Origin: Acetofilamentum sp.
GTDB taxonomy: Bacteria > Bacteroidota > Bacteroidia > Bacteroidales > DTU049
Assembly (NCBI GenBank): GCA_020720525.1
Contig: DYON01000002.1
Location: 1 to 41,825, forward strand
Direction of reading: 5' to 3'
Length of the DNA: 41,825 bases
Both the position numbers and the translations under genes were made by a program. Shown here in pieces: positions 17,698-26,366 of this stretch. Numbering within the stretch: position 1 is the stretch's first letter; every line of letters starts with the position of its first letter. The notes under the pieces were generated by a model. It worked only from the letters and a program-made list of their open reading frames with translations. It was not told the origin of the DNA and did no database searches.

Positions 17698-18927
17698 CTA
17701 CACTTCCACAATACGAAAGAGCTTATCGCCACGCCGAACAACTCGATCGACCTTAAAAGCAAACAATCGGCCTTTTGGCGCAAATGGTTCCACTCCCTTG
17801 TCGAGATGAATTTCATCAATTATACCTTCGTACAAGCCTGTTGAAGAACCAGTAATAGTTATTTTGGTACCAGGCAACACTTTGTCGGTTTCGGCTTTTG
17901 CTTCTGCTACTCCTAAATTTGAAAAATAGTTGGTTATTTTACCAATAAACTCACGACGTTCTGTTGCCGAGCTACCATGTTTGGTGCTCCATTCGCCTAT
18001 TTTTTTGCCCATGTAGTAGCCTTCCCAAAAACCACGGTTATACACCTTTTCTAATCGCGACATCCAGTTTTCGACCATTTTTTCAGAAAAAGTGGCGTTA
18101 GCTACTGCTTGCACAGCTTCGGAATACACCTTCACAACAGCACTTACATATTCGGGTGGACGACCACGTCCTTCAATTTTAAGAATAGAAACGCCTGCAT
18201 CGATGAGTTTATCGACAAAACCAACTGTGCATAAATCTTTGGGCGACATAATATACTTGTTGTCAACCACAAGTTCTACTCCACCTTCGAGGTCGGTTAC
18301 TCGATAGGGTCTGCGGCAAATCTGTGTACACGCACCTCGGTTGGCACTGCTGTTGGTATTATCGAGACTCAGATAGCACTTTCCGCTCACAGCCATACAT
18401 AGCGCACCGTGTGCAAACGCTTCGAGACGAACGAGCTGACCAGCTGGTCCGCAAATATTCTTTTCGCCTATCGCAATTGAAAGATTTTTCACCTGCTCCA
18501 AATTCATTTCGCGCGAAAGAACCATCACATCGGCCCATCGAGAAAAGAAGCGAACTGCCTCGATATTGGTAATATTCGATTGTGTTGAAAGATGAACATT
18601 AAGACCAAGTTCGCGCGCCTTTTCGAGAACAGCTATATCGGTTGCAATTACTGCATCAATGCCACTTTGTGCGGCAACCGACAATAGCGAATTAACTTCT
18701 TCGAGTTCGTTGTCGAAAATAACAGTGTTAAGAGCCAGCCAAGCTTTCGCTCCATAGTTGCGGCAAAATTTTACAATCTGCGATAAATCGTCGGCTTGAA
18801 AATTGACTGCCGAGCCCGATCGCATATTGAGTTTTCCAACGCCAAAATAAACAGAGTCGGCACCACTCTCAAGAGCTGCATGCAACGATTCAAACGACCC
18901 CACTGGAGCAGTAATTTCAACTTTCAT
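17698..18927 (-). CDS. U32 family Fe-S protein (TrhP/YegQ-like tRNA hydroxylation protein)
   Basis: APVGSFE, GADSVYFG, four-Cys cluster HGALCMAVSGKC…NRGACTQICR, SPKDLC, LKIEGR and a C-terminal beta domain. ATG 18927 chosen. Confidence 0.88.
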   Translation of the reverse strand: MKVEITAPVGSFESLHAALESGADSVYFGVGKLNMRSGSAVNFQADDLSQIVKFCRNYGAKAWLALNTVIFDNELEEVNSLLSVAAQSGIDAVIATDIAVLEKARELGLNVHLSTQSNITNIEAVRFFSRWADVMVLSREMNLEQVKNLSIAIGEKNICGPAGQLVRLEAFAHGALCMAVSGKCYLSLDNTNSSANRGACTQICRRPYRVTDLEGGVELVVDNKYIMSPKDLCTVGFVDKLIDAGVSILKIEGRGRPPEYVSAVVKVYSEAVQAVANATFSEKMVENWMSRLEKVYNRGFWEGYYMGKKIGEWSTKHGSSATERREFIGKITNYFSNLGVAEAKAETDKVLPGTKITITGSSTGLYEGIIDEIHLDKGVEPFAPKGRLFAFKVDRVVRRGDKLFRIVEV

Positions 18928-18931
18928 ATCA

Positions 18932-18939
18932 CAAAGGTA
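18932..18939 (-). promoter_or_regulatory. -7 box TACCTTTG 4 nt before the U32 ATG (likely leaderless)
   Basis: The minus strand reads TACCTTTG-TGAT-ATG. Confidence 0.55.
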
Positions 18940-18997
18940 CACAAAGAGTACGAAATGTTTTTTTTGTTAAATTGGATCTGTAATCAAAAATAATTTA

Positions 18998-19005
18998 TAC
19001 TTTTG
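18998..19005 (+). promoter_or_regulatory. -7 box TACTTTTG for the 19042 lipoprotein
   Basis: Exact TAnnTTTG match in the divergent intergenic region. Confidence 0.55.
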
Positions 19006-19041
19006 AAAAAACAATCTAATCGTTAAACCAAAACTGAAACC

Positions 19042-19539
19042 ATGAAAAAAATCTTTCTCTTTCTCGGAATTGTTTTTGCTGCAACCATGATCGCATGTGG
19101 ACCTACTACAGACGACGCCATTAAGCACAACGACGGCATAGTTGCCGACCAAAAGAAGCTTCTTGAAATGGAAAATGACTTTGTTAACACCATAGTTGAC
19201 GGAGACGATGCCGCAGACATCAAAAAAGCATACAAAGAATACACTGCTTACATTGATGAAACCTTGAAGAAGTATGAAGAAATGGACGAATTCGACGATG
19301 CCGACACATTCCGCAAAGCCATTCTTGATCTTTTGAAAGAATTTCAAGATATTGCCAAAAACGAATACAAAGAGATGGTTGACATTTACACAATGGATGC
19401 CAAAGAACTCACCGAAGACGACTTTGCAAGATGGGAAGATCTTGCCGAAATAGTTGAAGAAAAAGAAGGCAAAGCCAACGATAGTTTCCTCGACAAACAA
19501 AAAGAGTTCGCAAAAGAATACGATTTCTCACTTGAATAG
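19042..19539 (+). CDS. Acidic all-helical lipoprotein (possibly LIC11966-like surface protein)
   Basis: SpII signal (…TMIA-C), acidic residues after the Cys (CGPTTDD), amphipathic helices. The family name is a tentative recollection. Confidence 0.75.
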   Translation: MKKIFLFLGIVFAATMIACGPTTDDAIKHNDGIVADQKKLLEMENDFVNTIVDGDDAADIKKAYKEYTAYIDETLKKYEEMDEFDDADTFRKAILDLLKEFQDIAKNEYKEMVDIYTMDAKELTEDDFARWEDLAEIVEEKEGKANDSFLDKQKEFAKEYDFSLE

Positions 19540-19555
19540 AAGTCACTTTCGCTTT

Positions 19556-19590
19556 AAAAGGCTGTCTTTTTTTTAGACGGCCTTTTTTTT
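19556..19590 (+). terminator. Rho-independent terminator
   Basis: AAAAGGCTGTCT-T7-AGACGGCCTTTT followed by a T-run. Confidence 0.8.
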
Positions 19591-19627
19591 AAACAAAAAG
19601 AAAAAATCACCCTTAAAAGAAACAAAC

Positions 19628-20125
19628 ATGAATAGAATTCTAACTTTTTCAGTGTTTATATTGTTGTTTTCAGCAGTATTTGCCCAAACAAAAGAACAAG
19701 CAATCGATTATAACGATAAGGTTGTAGCCGATCAAAAAAAGATGCTAATTCTCGAAGATTTTTTCGTTACAGCAATCATAAACGACTTGGGTGGCGACAC
19801 CATTAAGCTTGAGTATGAAATTTACTGCGATTATTTGCAATTCACACTTGACAAATACTCAAAAATGAAAAAATTCGATAGCAAAGACACCTTTCGAAAA
19901 GCGATTATTGAGTTGTTGACCAACTTCCAAAAGGCAGCTACCACAGAATACAAAGAGATGCTCGATATTTATAGTATTCCTACTGAAGAACTCACCGACA
20001 CCCATTTCAATCGATGGACTGAGCTATCCGAAATTGTTGATAAGAAGGAAAACGAATATAACGACGCATTTTTGGAAGCACAAAAAGTTTTTGCAAAAGA
20101 ATACGACTTTTCATTGTCCGAATAA
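19628..20125 (+). CDS. Secreted paralog of the 19042 protein (SpI signal, no lipobox)
   Basis: Shares VADQKK, DTFRKAI, EYKEMxDIY and FAKEYDFSL with the upstream protein. The signal peptide ends AVFA-Q. Confidence 0.8.
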   Translation: MNRILTFSVFILLFSAVFAQTKEQAIDYNDKVVADQKKMLILEDFFVTAIINDLGGDTIKLEYEIYCDYLQFTLDKYSKMKKFDSKDTFRKAIIELLTNFQKAATTEYKEMLDIYSIPTEELTDTHFNRWTELSEIVDKKENEYNDAFLEAQKVFAKEYDFSLSE

Positions 20126-20177
20126 ACCAATTGCTGTATATCGAAGAGGGTTTTGCAACAATAAGTTCTAATATTTG

Positions 20178-20185
20178 TACTTTTG
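20178..20185 (+). promoter_or_regulatory. -7 box TACTTTTG for the 20212 lipoprotein
   Basis: Exact TAnnTTTG match 26 nt upstream of the ATG. Confidence 0.55.
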
Positions 20186-20211
20186 TGCAGATTTAATGAA
20201 CACTTTTCAAC

Positions 20212-20784
20212 ATGAAATACATTGTCGTTTTTCTTTTTGCTTTGCTGGGATTTTTTATTTCGTGTGGTCCTTCCGACGAAACACGAAAAGCAGCCAACGA
20301 GGTTTTTGAAACCACTCACAATGATGTAAATAGCGTTATCGCAACCGATAGCAGTTATGCTTTATGTATGCAATATCTACTCAACGAAATTCAGTCTCCC
20401 GATTTAAAAAAAGCAAAAAAAAGAGTTCGTGAAATAACCGATAGTATATCGCGTCTCGACTTGTATATAGACTCGCTAAGGGCACAAATTGAAGAAGCCT
20501 CATCTAACATCGACTCGATGAATAGAAATACTGAAAAATTCACACTTCTTGCTTCTGCCGACACGCTTTTAAGAAAATACAAAATGGTAGCAGCCGATAT
20601 TTATCCAAAAATTGCCGATCATCTTAGAAATTTGACGTTGCCAGTTAAGGATGCTGAATATACAATTGTATTGCAACTTACCTATCAAGCCGATTCTATT
20701 TTGAATAGCTCGGTTGAACGTTTCAACAACGAAAGTGCGGCATTTTTTGAAGAATACTCGCTCAAAGATTTTAACGAGGAATAA
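20212..20784 (+). CDS. Helical lipoprotein, distant third paralog
   Basis: Lipobox FIS-C, then GPSDE. The C-terminal [14 protein letters not shown] resembles FLDKQKEFAKEYDF. Confidence 0.75.
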   Translation: MKYIVVFLFALLGFFISCGPSDETRKAANEVFETTHNDVNSVIATDSSYALCMQYLLNEIQSPDLKKAKKRVREITDSISRLDLYIDSLRAQIEEASSNIDSMNRNTEKFTLLASADTLLRKYKMVAADIYPKIADHLRNLTLPVKDAEYTIVLQLTYQADSILNSSVERFNNESAAFFEEYSLKDFNEE

Positions 20785-22519
20785 GTTTAACCTTCAATTC
20801 GTCGAGTTGTTGCTGACTCACTGCCGAAGGAGCATCGGCCATAACATCGCGTCCTGAATTGTTTTTGGGGAATGCAATAAACTCGCGAATATTGTTTTGA
20901 CCTGCCATCATGGCAACAAAACGATCGAAGCCAAATGCTATTCCACCATGAGGCGGTGCTCCATATTCGAAAGCACCTAGCAGAAATCCAAATTGAGCAG
21001 ATGCTTCTTCGTCGGTAAAACCAAGTGCTTTAAACATTTGCATTTGCAAATTGCGGTCATGAATACGAATACTGCCACCACCAATTTCGACGCCATTGAT
21101 TACCAAATCGTAAGCATTGGCTCGCACTTTACCGGGGTCGGTAGCGAGCAAAGCGAAATCGTCGGCAATGGGCGAAGTAAACGGATGATGCATTGCAAAA
21201 AAGCGTTTTGAGTCGTCGTCCCATTCGAGCAAGGGAAAATCGACCACCCACAACGGAGCAAAATGATCAGGATTTCGTAAGCCTTGACGAGTTCCCAATT
21301 CGAGTCGGAGCTCACCTGCAACCGAAAAAATATTTTTATTGGAACCAGCAACAACCAGCATCAAGTCGCCATCGGCAGCATTGCATTTGGCTTTCCAATT
21401 GTTGAGATCGTCGGGTGTAAAAAATTTATCGACCGACGATTTGGCCGAGCCATCGACAGCAAATTTAACCCAGATAAGACCCGTACCGCCAATTTGCGGA
21501 CGCTTAATCCACTCGGTAAGTTCGTCGAGTTGCTTGCGTGTGTATTCGGCTGCACCTTCCACCACCAAAGCCAACACTTGGTCGGCATTGTCGAACACAA
21601 CAAAGCCTTTGTTTTTTGCCAAATCGGTTAAATTCTGAATTTGCATACCAAAGCGAATGTCGGGTTTGTCGCTACCATACAAACTTATGGCTTCGGAATA
21701 TGGCATTCGCAAAAATGGGGGCAAATCGATATTGCGCACAGCTTTAAAAAGATGACCAGTAAGAGCTTCGAAATTGACGAGTACATCTTCGCGTTCAACA
21801 AACGACATTTCGCAATCGATCTGCGTAAATTCGGGTTGACGGTCGGCACGAAGGTCTTCGTCGCGAAAACAGCGAACAATTTGAAAATAGCGGTCGAATC
21901 CCGAAACCATCAACAATTGCTTGTAGGTTTGAGGCGACTGAGGCAAGGCATAGAATTGATTCTCGTTCATTCGCGAAGGCACAATAAAATCGCGAGCGCC
22001 TTCGGGAGTACTTCGTATGAGATATGGCGTTTCAATTTCGAGAAAGTTGGCGTCGCTCAAAAATTTGCGAATTTCGAGTGCCATCCGATGACGAAGAATG
22101 ATATTATGTTGCAATGGATTGCGTCGCAAATCGAGATAGCGATATTTCATACGCAACTCTTCGCCACCATCGGTTTCGTTTTCGATAGTGAAAGGAGGTG
22201 TTTGCGCCGAATTAAGCACTTTGAGCTTTTTAACTTCAATTTCAACTTCCCCAGTTGGAATGTTTTTGTTTTTATTGCTTCGTTCGCGCACCATTCCTTC
22301 GGCAGAAACAACAAACTCGCGACCAAGTTTTCGAGCTGCTTCGCACAAATCTTTATTGGTTTCCATATCGAAAACCAACTGAGTAATTCCATATCTATCG
22401 CGCAAATCGATAAATGTAGTGCCTCCAAAATCTCTAATATGTTGCACCCATCCACTAATTAAAACCTGTTGACCAACATTTTGAATGCGCAATTCTCCGC
22501 AAGTATGAGTTCTGTACAT
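20771..22519 (-). CDS. aspS: Aspartate--tRNA ligase
   Basis: [35 protein letters not shown], motif 2 [19 protein letters not shown], motif 3 [15 protein letters not shown] 22519 chosen. Confidence 0.98.
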   Translation of the reverse strand: MYRTHTCGELRIQNVGQQVLISGWVQHIRDFGGTTFIDLRDRYGITQLVFDMETNKDLCEAARKLGREFVVSAEGMVRERSNKNKNIPTGEVEIEVKKLKVLNSAQTPPFTIENETDGGEELRMKYRYLDLRRNPLQHNIILRHRMALEIRKFLSDANFLEIETPYLIRSTPEGARDFIVPSRMNENQFYALPQSPQTYKQLLMVSGFDRYFQIVRCFRDEDLRADRQPEFTQIDCEMSFVEREDVLVNFEALTGHLFKAVRNIDLPPFLRMPYSEAISLYGSDKPDIRFGMQIQNLTDLAKNKGFVVFDNADQVLALVVEGAAEYTRKQLDELTEWIKRPQIGGTGLIWVKFAVDGSAKSSVDKFFTPDDLNNWKAKCNAADGDLMLVVAGSNKNIFSVAGELRLELGTRQGLRNPDHFAPLWVVDFPLLEWDDDSKRFFAMHHPFTSPIADDFALLATDPGKVRANAYDLVINGVEIGGGSIRIHDRNLQMQMFKALGFTDEEASAQFGFLLGAFEYGAPPHGGIAFGFDRFVAMMAGQNNIREFIAFPKNNSGRDVMADAPSAVSQQQLDELKVKLIPR

Positions 22520-22589
22520 GAAATTTTTTTGCGAAAATAACAATAATCGTTCATCCAAAAAGTTTTAATTTTACCACATCGTTTGATTT

Positions 22590-23762
22590 ATGAGAATTAT
22601 CGGGGTATTTTTAATTCTTTTTTTTGGTTGTTCTGAACTATATGCTCAGGACAATCTCATTTACAATGGCAGTTTCGAGACCTATCGAAACTGCCCCGAA
22701 GATTATGTGCATTATCTTGAAGGCATTACCGAGCTGGTTCCGGGTTGGTGCATCAACAACACTTCAACACCCGACTACTTCAATCGATGTAGCATTCGAA
22801 GCAAAGTTGGTGTTCCTTCCAATTTTGCAGGCAACATGGAGCCAAAAAGTGGCAACGCCTACGCTGGAATGATACTGCGCGCCGATTCGTCGCGTTACCC
22901 CTACTCGCGCGGCTACAACGAGCACTTGCAATCCATAATCACAATGCCATTGGAGCGCAACCATTTGTATTATTTCGAGTTTTATTTTGTTTTGAGCAAA
23001 AATAGTGGCATTGCATCGAATGGAATGTCGGTGTATTTAAGTTCGTCGAAACCCCTTTTCGACGAAGCGGCCGAAAGCTTCACCTTTGTTCCTCAACTCG
23101 AAATGCCTCGCGACTCGGTATTGGACAATAGAGACGAGTGGTCGAAATTTTCGGGTGTTTTTCGTGCAAGTGGCGAAGAAAAATATATTACCATTGGCAA
23201 TTTCACAAATTACAATGAACTCACTTATGAAACATTGATTGAGGATGCCTCGGCCGAAATTCATTCATTTGCTTATTATTTATTCGACGATTTCAAACTC
23301 ATTCCAACCAACAATATTTCGCAGCACAAAATCACAGCCATCATGAATCAACTCGATTCGTTTCCACCACTGACCTATACTATCAACGATACGTTATTTA
23401 TGGAGGACATTGAAATAGGCGAGACCATTATTTTACGCAATGTTTACTTCGAGTTCGACAAAACCGAACTATTGCCCTACTCTTATGCCGAGCTAAATAA
23501 GATATATGACATTCTAATGATGTATCCAAATATGAAAATTGAAATTTCGGGACATACCGACAACATTGGGTCGGAAGCCTACAACCAAGCACTCAGCGAA
23601 GCAAGAGCCAAAGCTGTTCTTGAATATTTATACCAAAAAGGGATTGATTTGAAGCGAATGCGCTATGTTGGCTACGGAAGCAAAATATCGATAGCCGACA
23701 ATCTTCTCCCCGAAGGACGTAAACTCAACCGCCGAGTTGAAATTAAAATTCTAAGCAAATGA
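22590..23762 (+). CDS. OmpA family protein with an N-terminal CBM-like beta-sandwich
   Basis: Signal peptide, NLIYNGSFE…CP start, C-terminal OmpA_C (VYFEFDK, GHTDNIGS, LSEARAKAV, NRRVE). Confidence 0.88.
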   Translation: MRIIGVFLILFFGCSELYAQDNLIYNGSFETYRNCPEDYVHYLEGITELVPGWCINNTSTPDYFNRCSIRSKVGVPSNFAGNMEPKSGNAYAGMILRADSSRYPYSRGYNEHLQSIITMPLERNHLYYFEFYFVLSKNSGIASNGMSVYLSSSKPLFDEAAESFTFVPQLEMPRDSVLDNRDEWSKFSGVFRASGEEKYITIGNFTNYNELTYETLIEDASAEIHSFAYYLFDDFKLIPTNNISQHKITAIMNQLDSFPPLTYTINDTLFMEDIEIGETIILRNVYFEFDKTELLPYSYAELNKIYDILMMYPNMKIEISGHTDNIGSEAYNQALSEARAKAVLEYLYQKGIDLKRMRYVGYGSKISIADNLLPEGRKLNRRVEIKILSK

Positions 23763-24217
23763 CCCTTGAACGCGACGACAACTTCTTCATGCAAGAAGCC
23801 TTGAAAGAAGCGCAAAAAGCAGCCTTCGAAAACGAAGTACCTATAGGAGCCGTTTTGGTTTTAAATAATAAAATTGTGGCTCGGTCGCACAATCAGACCG
23901 AATTGCTTAAAGATGTAACAGCACATGCCGAAATATTAGCCATAACAAGTGCTGCATCGGAGTATGGCATTAAGTTCTTCGATGATTTTGTGCTCTATAT
24001 AACCTTAGAACCATGTGTGATGTGCGCCGGGGCTCTTAGGTGGGCTAGAATTGGGAAAATAGTATATGCAACCGACGACCCCAAAGCTGGATTCTCTCTC
24101 TACAACAAGAACATTCTTCACCCCAAAACAATTCTTGAAAAGGGACCTGGTGAAAATGAATCAAAAAATCTTCTTCAAGATTTTTTCAAAAATAGGAGAA
24201 AAAAAATAAAAATTTAG
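23759..24217 (+). CDS. tadA: tRNA-specific adenosine deaminase (TadA-like)
   Basis: EVPIGAV, HAE and EPCVMCAGA zinc motifs. ATGA overlap with the upstream stop. Confidence 0.88.
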   Translation: MTLERDDNFFMQEALKEAQKAAFENEVPIGAVLVLNNKIVARSHNQTELLKDVTAHAEILAITSAASEYGIKFFDDFVLYITLEPCVMCAGALRWARIGKIVYATDDPKAGFSLYNKNILHPKTILEKGPGENESKNLLQDFFKNRRKKIKI

Positions 24218-24268
24218 CCCTTTAGCAAAAAAAATTCTATTTGTTTTAAATAATTGAAGATAAATTAT

Positions 24269-24276
24269 TACTTTTG
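24269..24276 (+). promoter_or_regulatory. -7 box TACTTTTG for the PorE-like gene
   Basis: Exact TAnnTTTG match upstream of ATG 24303. Confidence 0.55.
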
Positions 24277-24302
24277 TGCATTGAATAAAATATTGACTCT
24301 TT

Positions 24303-26312
24303 ATGAATAAGACTTTGCTGATTATTGCATTGCTTTTTGCAGGAATATCAATGTCGAATGCTCAATCCGACGATATTCTAACACGCATGGGGAACGACAA
24401 AACGTTCAAAGCTGAATATGAAAAAGCCGAAGTATTGCTTTTGGATTACAACTTCGAAGAAGCTGTAAAAACCTATTTAAAATGGGATTCTGTCTATTCT
24501 GGAAATGCAAATTTGCAGTATAAAATTGGATTTTGCTACGCCAACATGGGCAGCGAAAAGCCAAGAGCTATTCCCTTTTTAGAAAAGGCTTCAAGCATGG
24601 TTGTTAAGGAATATACTGGCGAATACAACGAAATGAATGCTCCTGTAGATGTATTTATGTATTTGGGAATTGTTTATCATGTTGATTACAAATTCAATAA
24701 AGCCATAAACAATTACGACAAATTTATTAAGTACGCCGAATTCGACAGTCCCGAATTGGTTGACTCGGTAAAGACGCTTAAAGAAAAATCGTACAACGCC
24801 ATAAAAATCATCAACAACCCTTTAAGTATTAAAATAGAAAACCTCGGAAATCCTATCAACACAGGGTTTAGCGAATACAGCCCCATTATAACAACCGATA
24901 TGAAGACACTTTATTTCACCAGTCGTCGCGAAGGCAGCACTGGCGGAAAGAAAAATGAAAAAGGACAATACTACGAAGATGTATATTTCACCTCAATAAA
25001 CAACAATGGACAATGGTCGGTTGCAAAACATATCGGTGGAAAAATCAACACCATTGGTCACGAAGCTACAATTAGCATTTCGCCAGATGGCAAAACAATT
25101 TTATTGTACAAAGACGACAAAGGCGATGGAAACATTTATTTTTCGGAATTGCTAAACGAAAACGAATGGAGCAAGCCTGAAAAAATGCCCGATCCCATTA
25201 ACTCCACATCTTGGGAAACCCATGCTTGTTATTCGCCCGACATGAATTTTATATTTTTTGTAAGCAATCGACCAGGTGGTTTTGGAGGAAGGGATATTTG
25301 GATGACCGAAAAAATCAATGGAAAATGGATGGAGCCCGAAAATCTTGGTTCAACCATCAACACTCCATACGACGAAGATTCACCTTATATGCTCCCCGAT
25401 GGATTTACATTGTATTTTTCGTCGCAAGCACACGACAATATGGGTGGTTTTGATATTTTTATAAGCACACGAACCGAGGATGGTTTTTGGACAACACCCG
25501 AAAACATGGGCTATCCAGTAAACACCACAGAAGATGATGTTTTTTATATTCCAACACCAGACGAAAAACACGCATTCTATTCATCCGCCAAAAACTATGG
25601 CAAAGGTGGCCAAGACATATATTACATGACCATTGTAAAAGCCAAGAAAAAAACCATCAAGCTTCGTGGCCGAGTAGCCGACGCAAACTCATTCAAAGCA
25701 TTGGAAGCCAGCATTGAGTTTTATTCAAACGGCAAAGAAATGGTTATATCGAGTCTCACTTCTGCTGAAGATGGCTCTTATGTAACAACTCTTTTGCTTG
25801 GCGATTCCTACGAAATCAAAGCAAAGTCCGATGGATATAAAATGTCCACATACGACCTCTCAGTTCTTGAAGACGAAAAGCGCGACGAGCTTATTCTTGA
25901 TATATTTTTAAGCAAGCTTTTACTAGCAGGCGACACGGCCAAAGCCCATATAGAAGATGTACGGGTTGGAGAAAAGATTGTACTCAACAATATTTTTTAC
26001 GATTTCAACCGCGCTACCTTACGCCCCGAATCGGTTGAAGAGTTGACTAGGCTTGTTAAATTAATGAAAGATATTCCATCGTTGAAAATAGAGCTTTCGA
26101 GCCATACCGACAATGTAGGGTCAGACGAATACAACATGAAGCTTTCGAACGAACGCGCCAAGTCTGTGGTATCATTTTTGGTAGCGTCGGGAATTGCTTC
26201 CGACAGGTTGGTTGCTAAAGGCTATGGCGAAACTCAGCCAATAGTCACAAACACAAGCGAAGAAGGTCGTCAGGCGAATCGCAGAACTGAATTTAAAATT
26301 TTGAGTAAGTAA
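24303..26312 (+). CDS. PorE-like TPR-PD40-carboxypeptidase-regulatory-OmpA_C peptidoglycan-binding protein
   Basis: N-terminal TPRs, PD40 repeats (NLGxPINT…EYSP…LYFTS, FVSNRPGGFGGRDIW), beta-sandwich and OmpA_C (SHTDNVGS, NRRTEF). Confidence 0.88.
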   Translation: MNKTLLIIALLFAGISMSNAQSDDILTRMGNDKTFKAEYEKAEVLLLDYNFEEAVKTYLKWDSVYSGNANLQYKIGFCYANMGSEKPRAIPFLEKASSMVVKEYTGEYNEMNAPVDVFMYLGIVYHVDYKFNKAINNYDKFIKYAEFDSPELVDSVKTLKEKSYNAIKIINNPLSIKIENLGNPINTGFSEYSPIITTDMKTLYFTSRREGSTGGKKNEKGQYYEDVYFTSINNNGQWSVAKHIGGKINTIGHEATISISPDGKTILLYKDDKGDGNIYFSELLNENEWSKPEKMPDPINSTSWETHACYSPDMNFIFFVSNRPGGFGGRDIWMTEKINGKWMEPENLGSTINTPYDEDSPYMLPDGFTLYFSSQAHDNMGGFDIFISTRTEDGFWTTPENMGYPVNTTEDDVFYIPTPDEKHAFYSSAKNYGKGGQDIYYMTIVKAKKKTIKLRGRVADANSFKALEASIEFYSNGKEMVISSLTSAEDGSYVTTLLLGDSYEIKAKSDGYKMSTYDLSVLEDEKRDELILDIFLSKLLLAGDTAKAHIEDVRVGEKIVLNNIFYDFNRATLRPESVEELTRLVKLMKDIPSLKIELSSHTDNVGSDEYNMKLSNERAKSVVSFLVASGIASDRLVAKGYGETQPIVTNTSEEGRQANRRTEFKILSK

Positions 26313-26334
26313 TTCAAAATCTGCAAGAAAAGTG

Positions 26335-26342
26335 TAATTTTG
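26335..26342 (+). promoter_or_regulatory. -7 box TAATTTTG for the S46 peptidase
   Basis: Exact TAnnTTTG match 24 nt upstream of ATG 26367. Confidence 0.55.
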
Positions 26343-26366
26343 TCAAACAAAAGAAATAAAGCTGTT

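Noticed and set aside
17698-18927. U32 as a collagenase or protease
   Set aside because: The four-Cys Fe-S motif and the lack of a signal peptide fit the RNA hydroxylation role now established for U32 proteins.
21641-22462. 273-aa plus-strand ORF
   Set aside because: It is an antisense shadow of aspS with no motifs. Codon bias in highly expressed genes commonly produces such ORFs.
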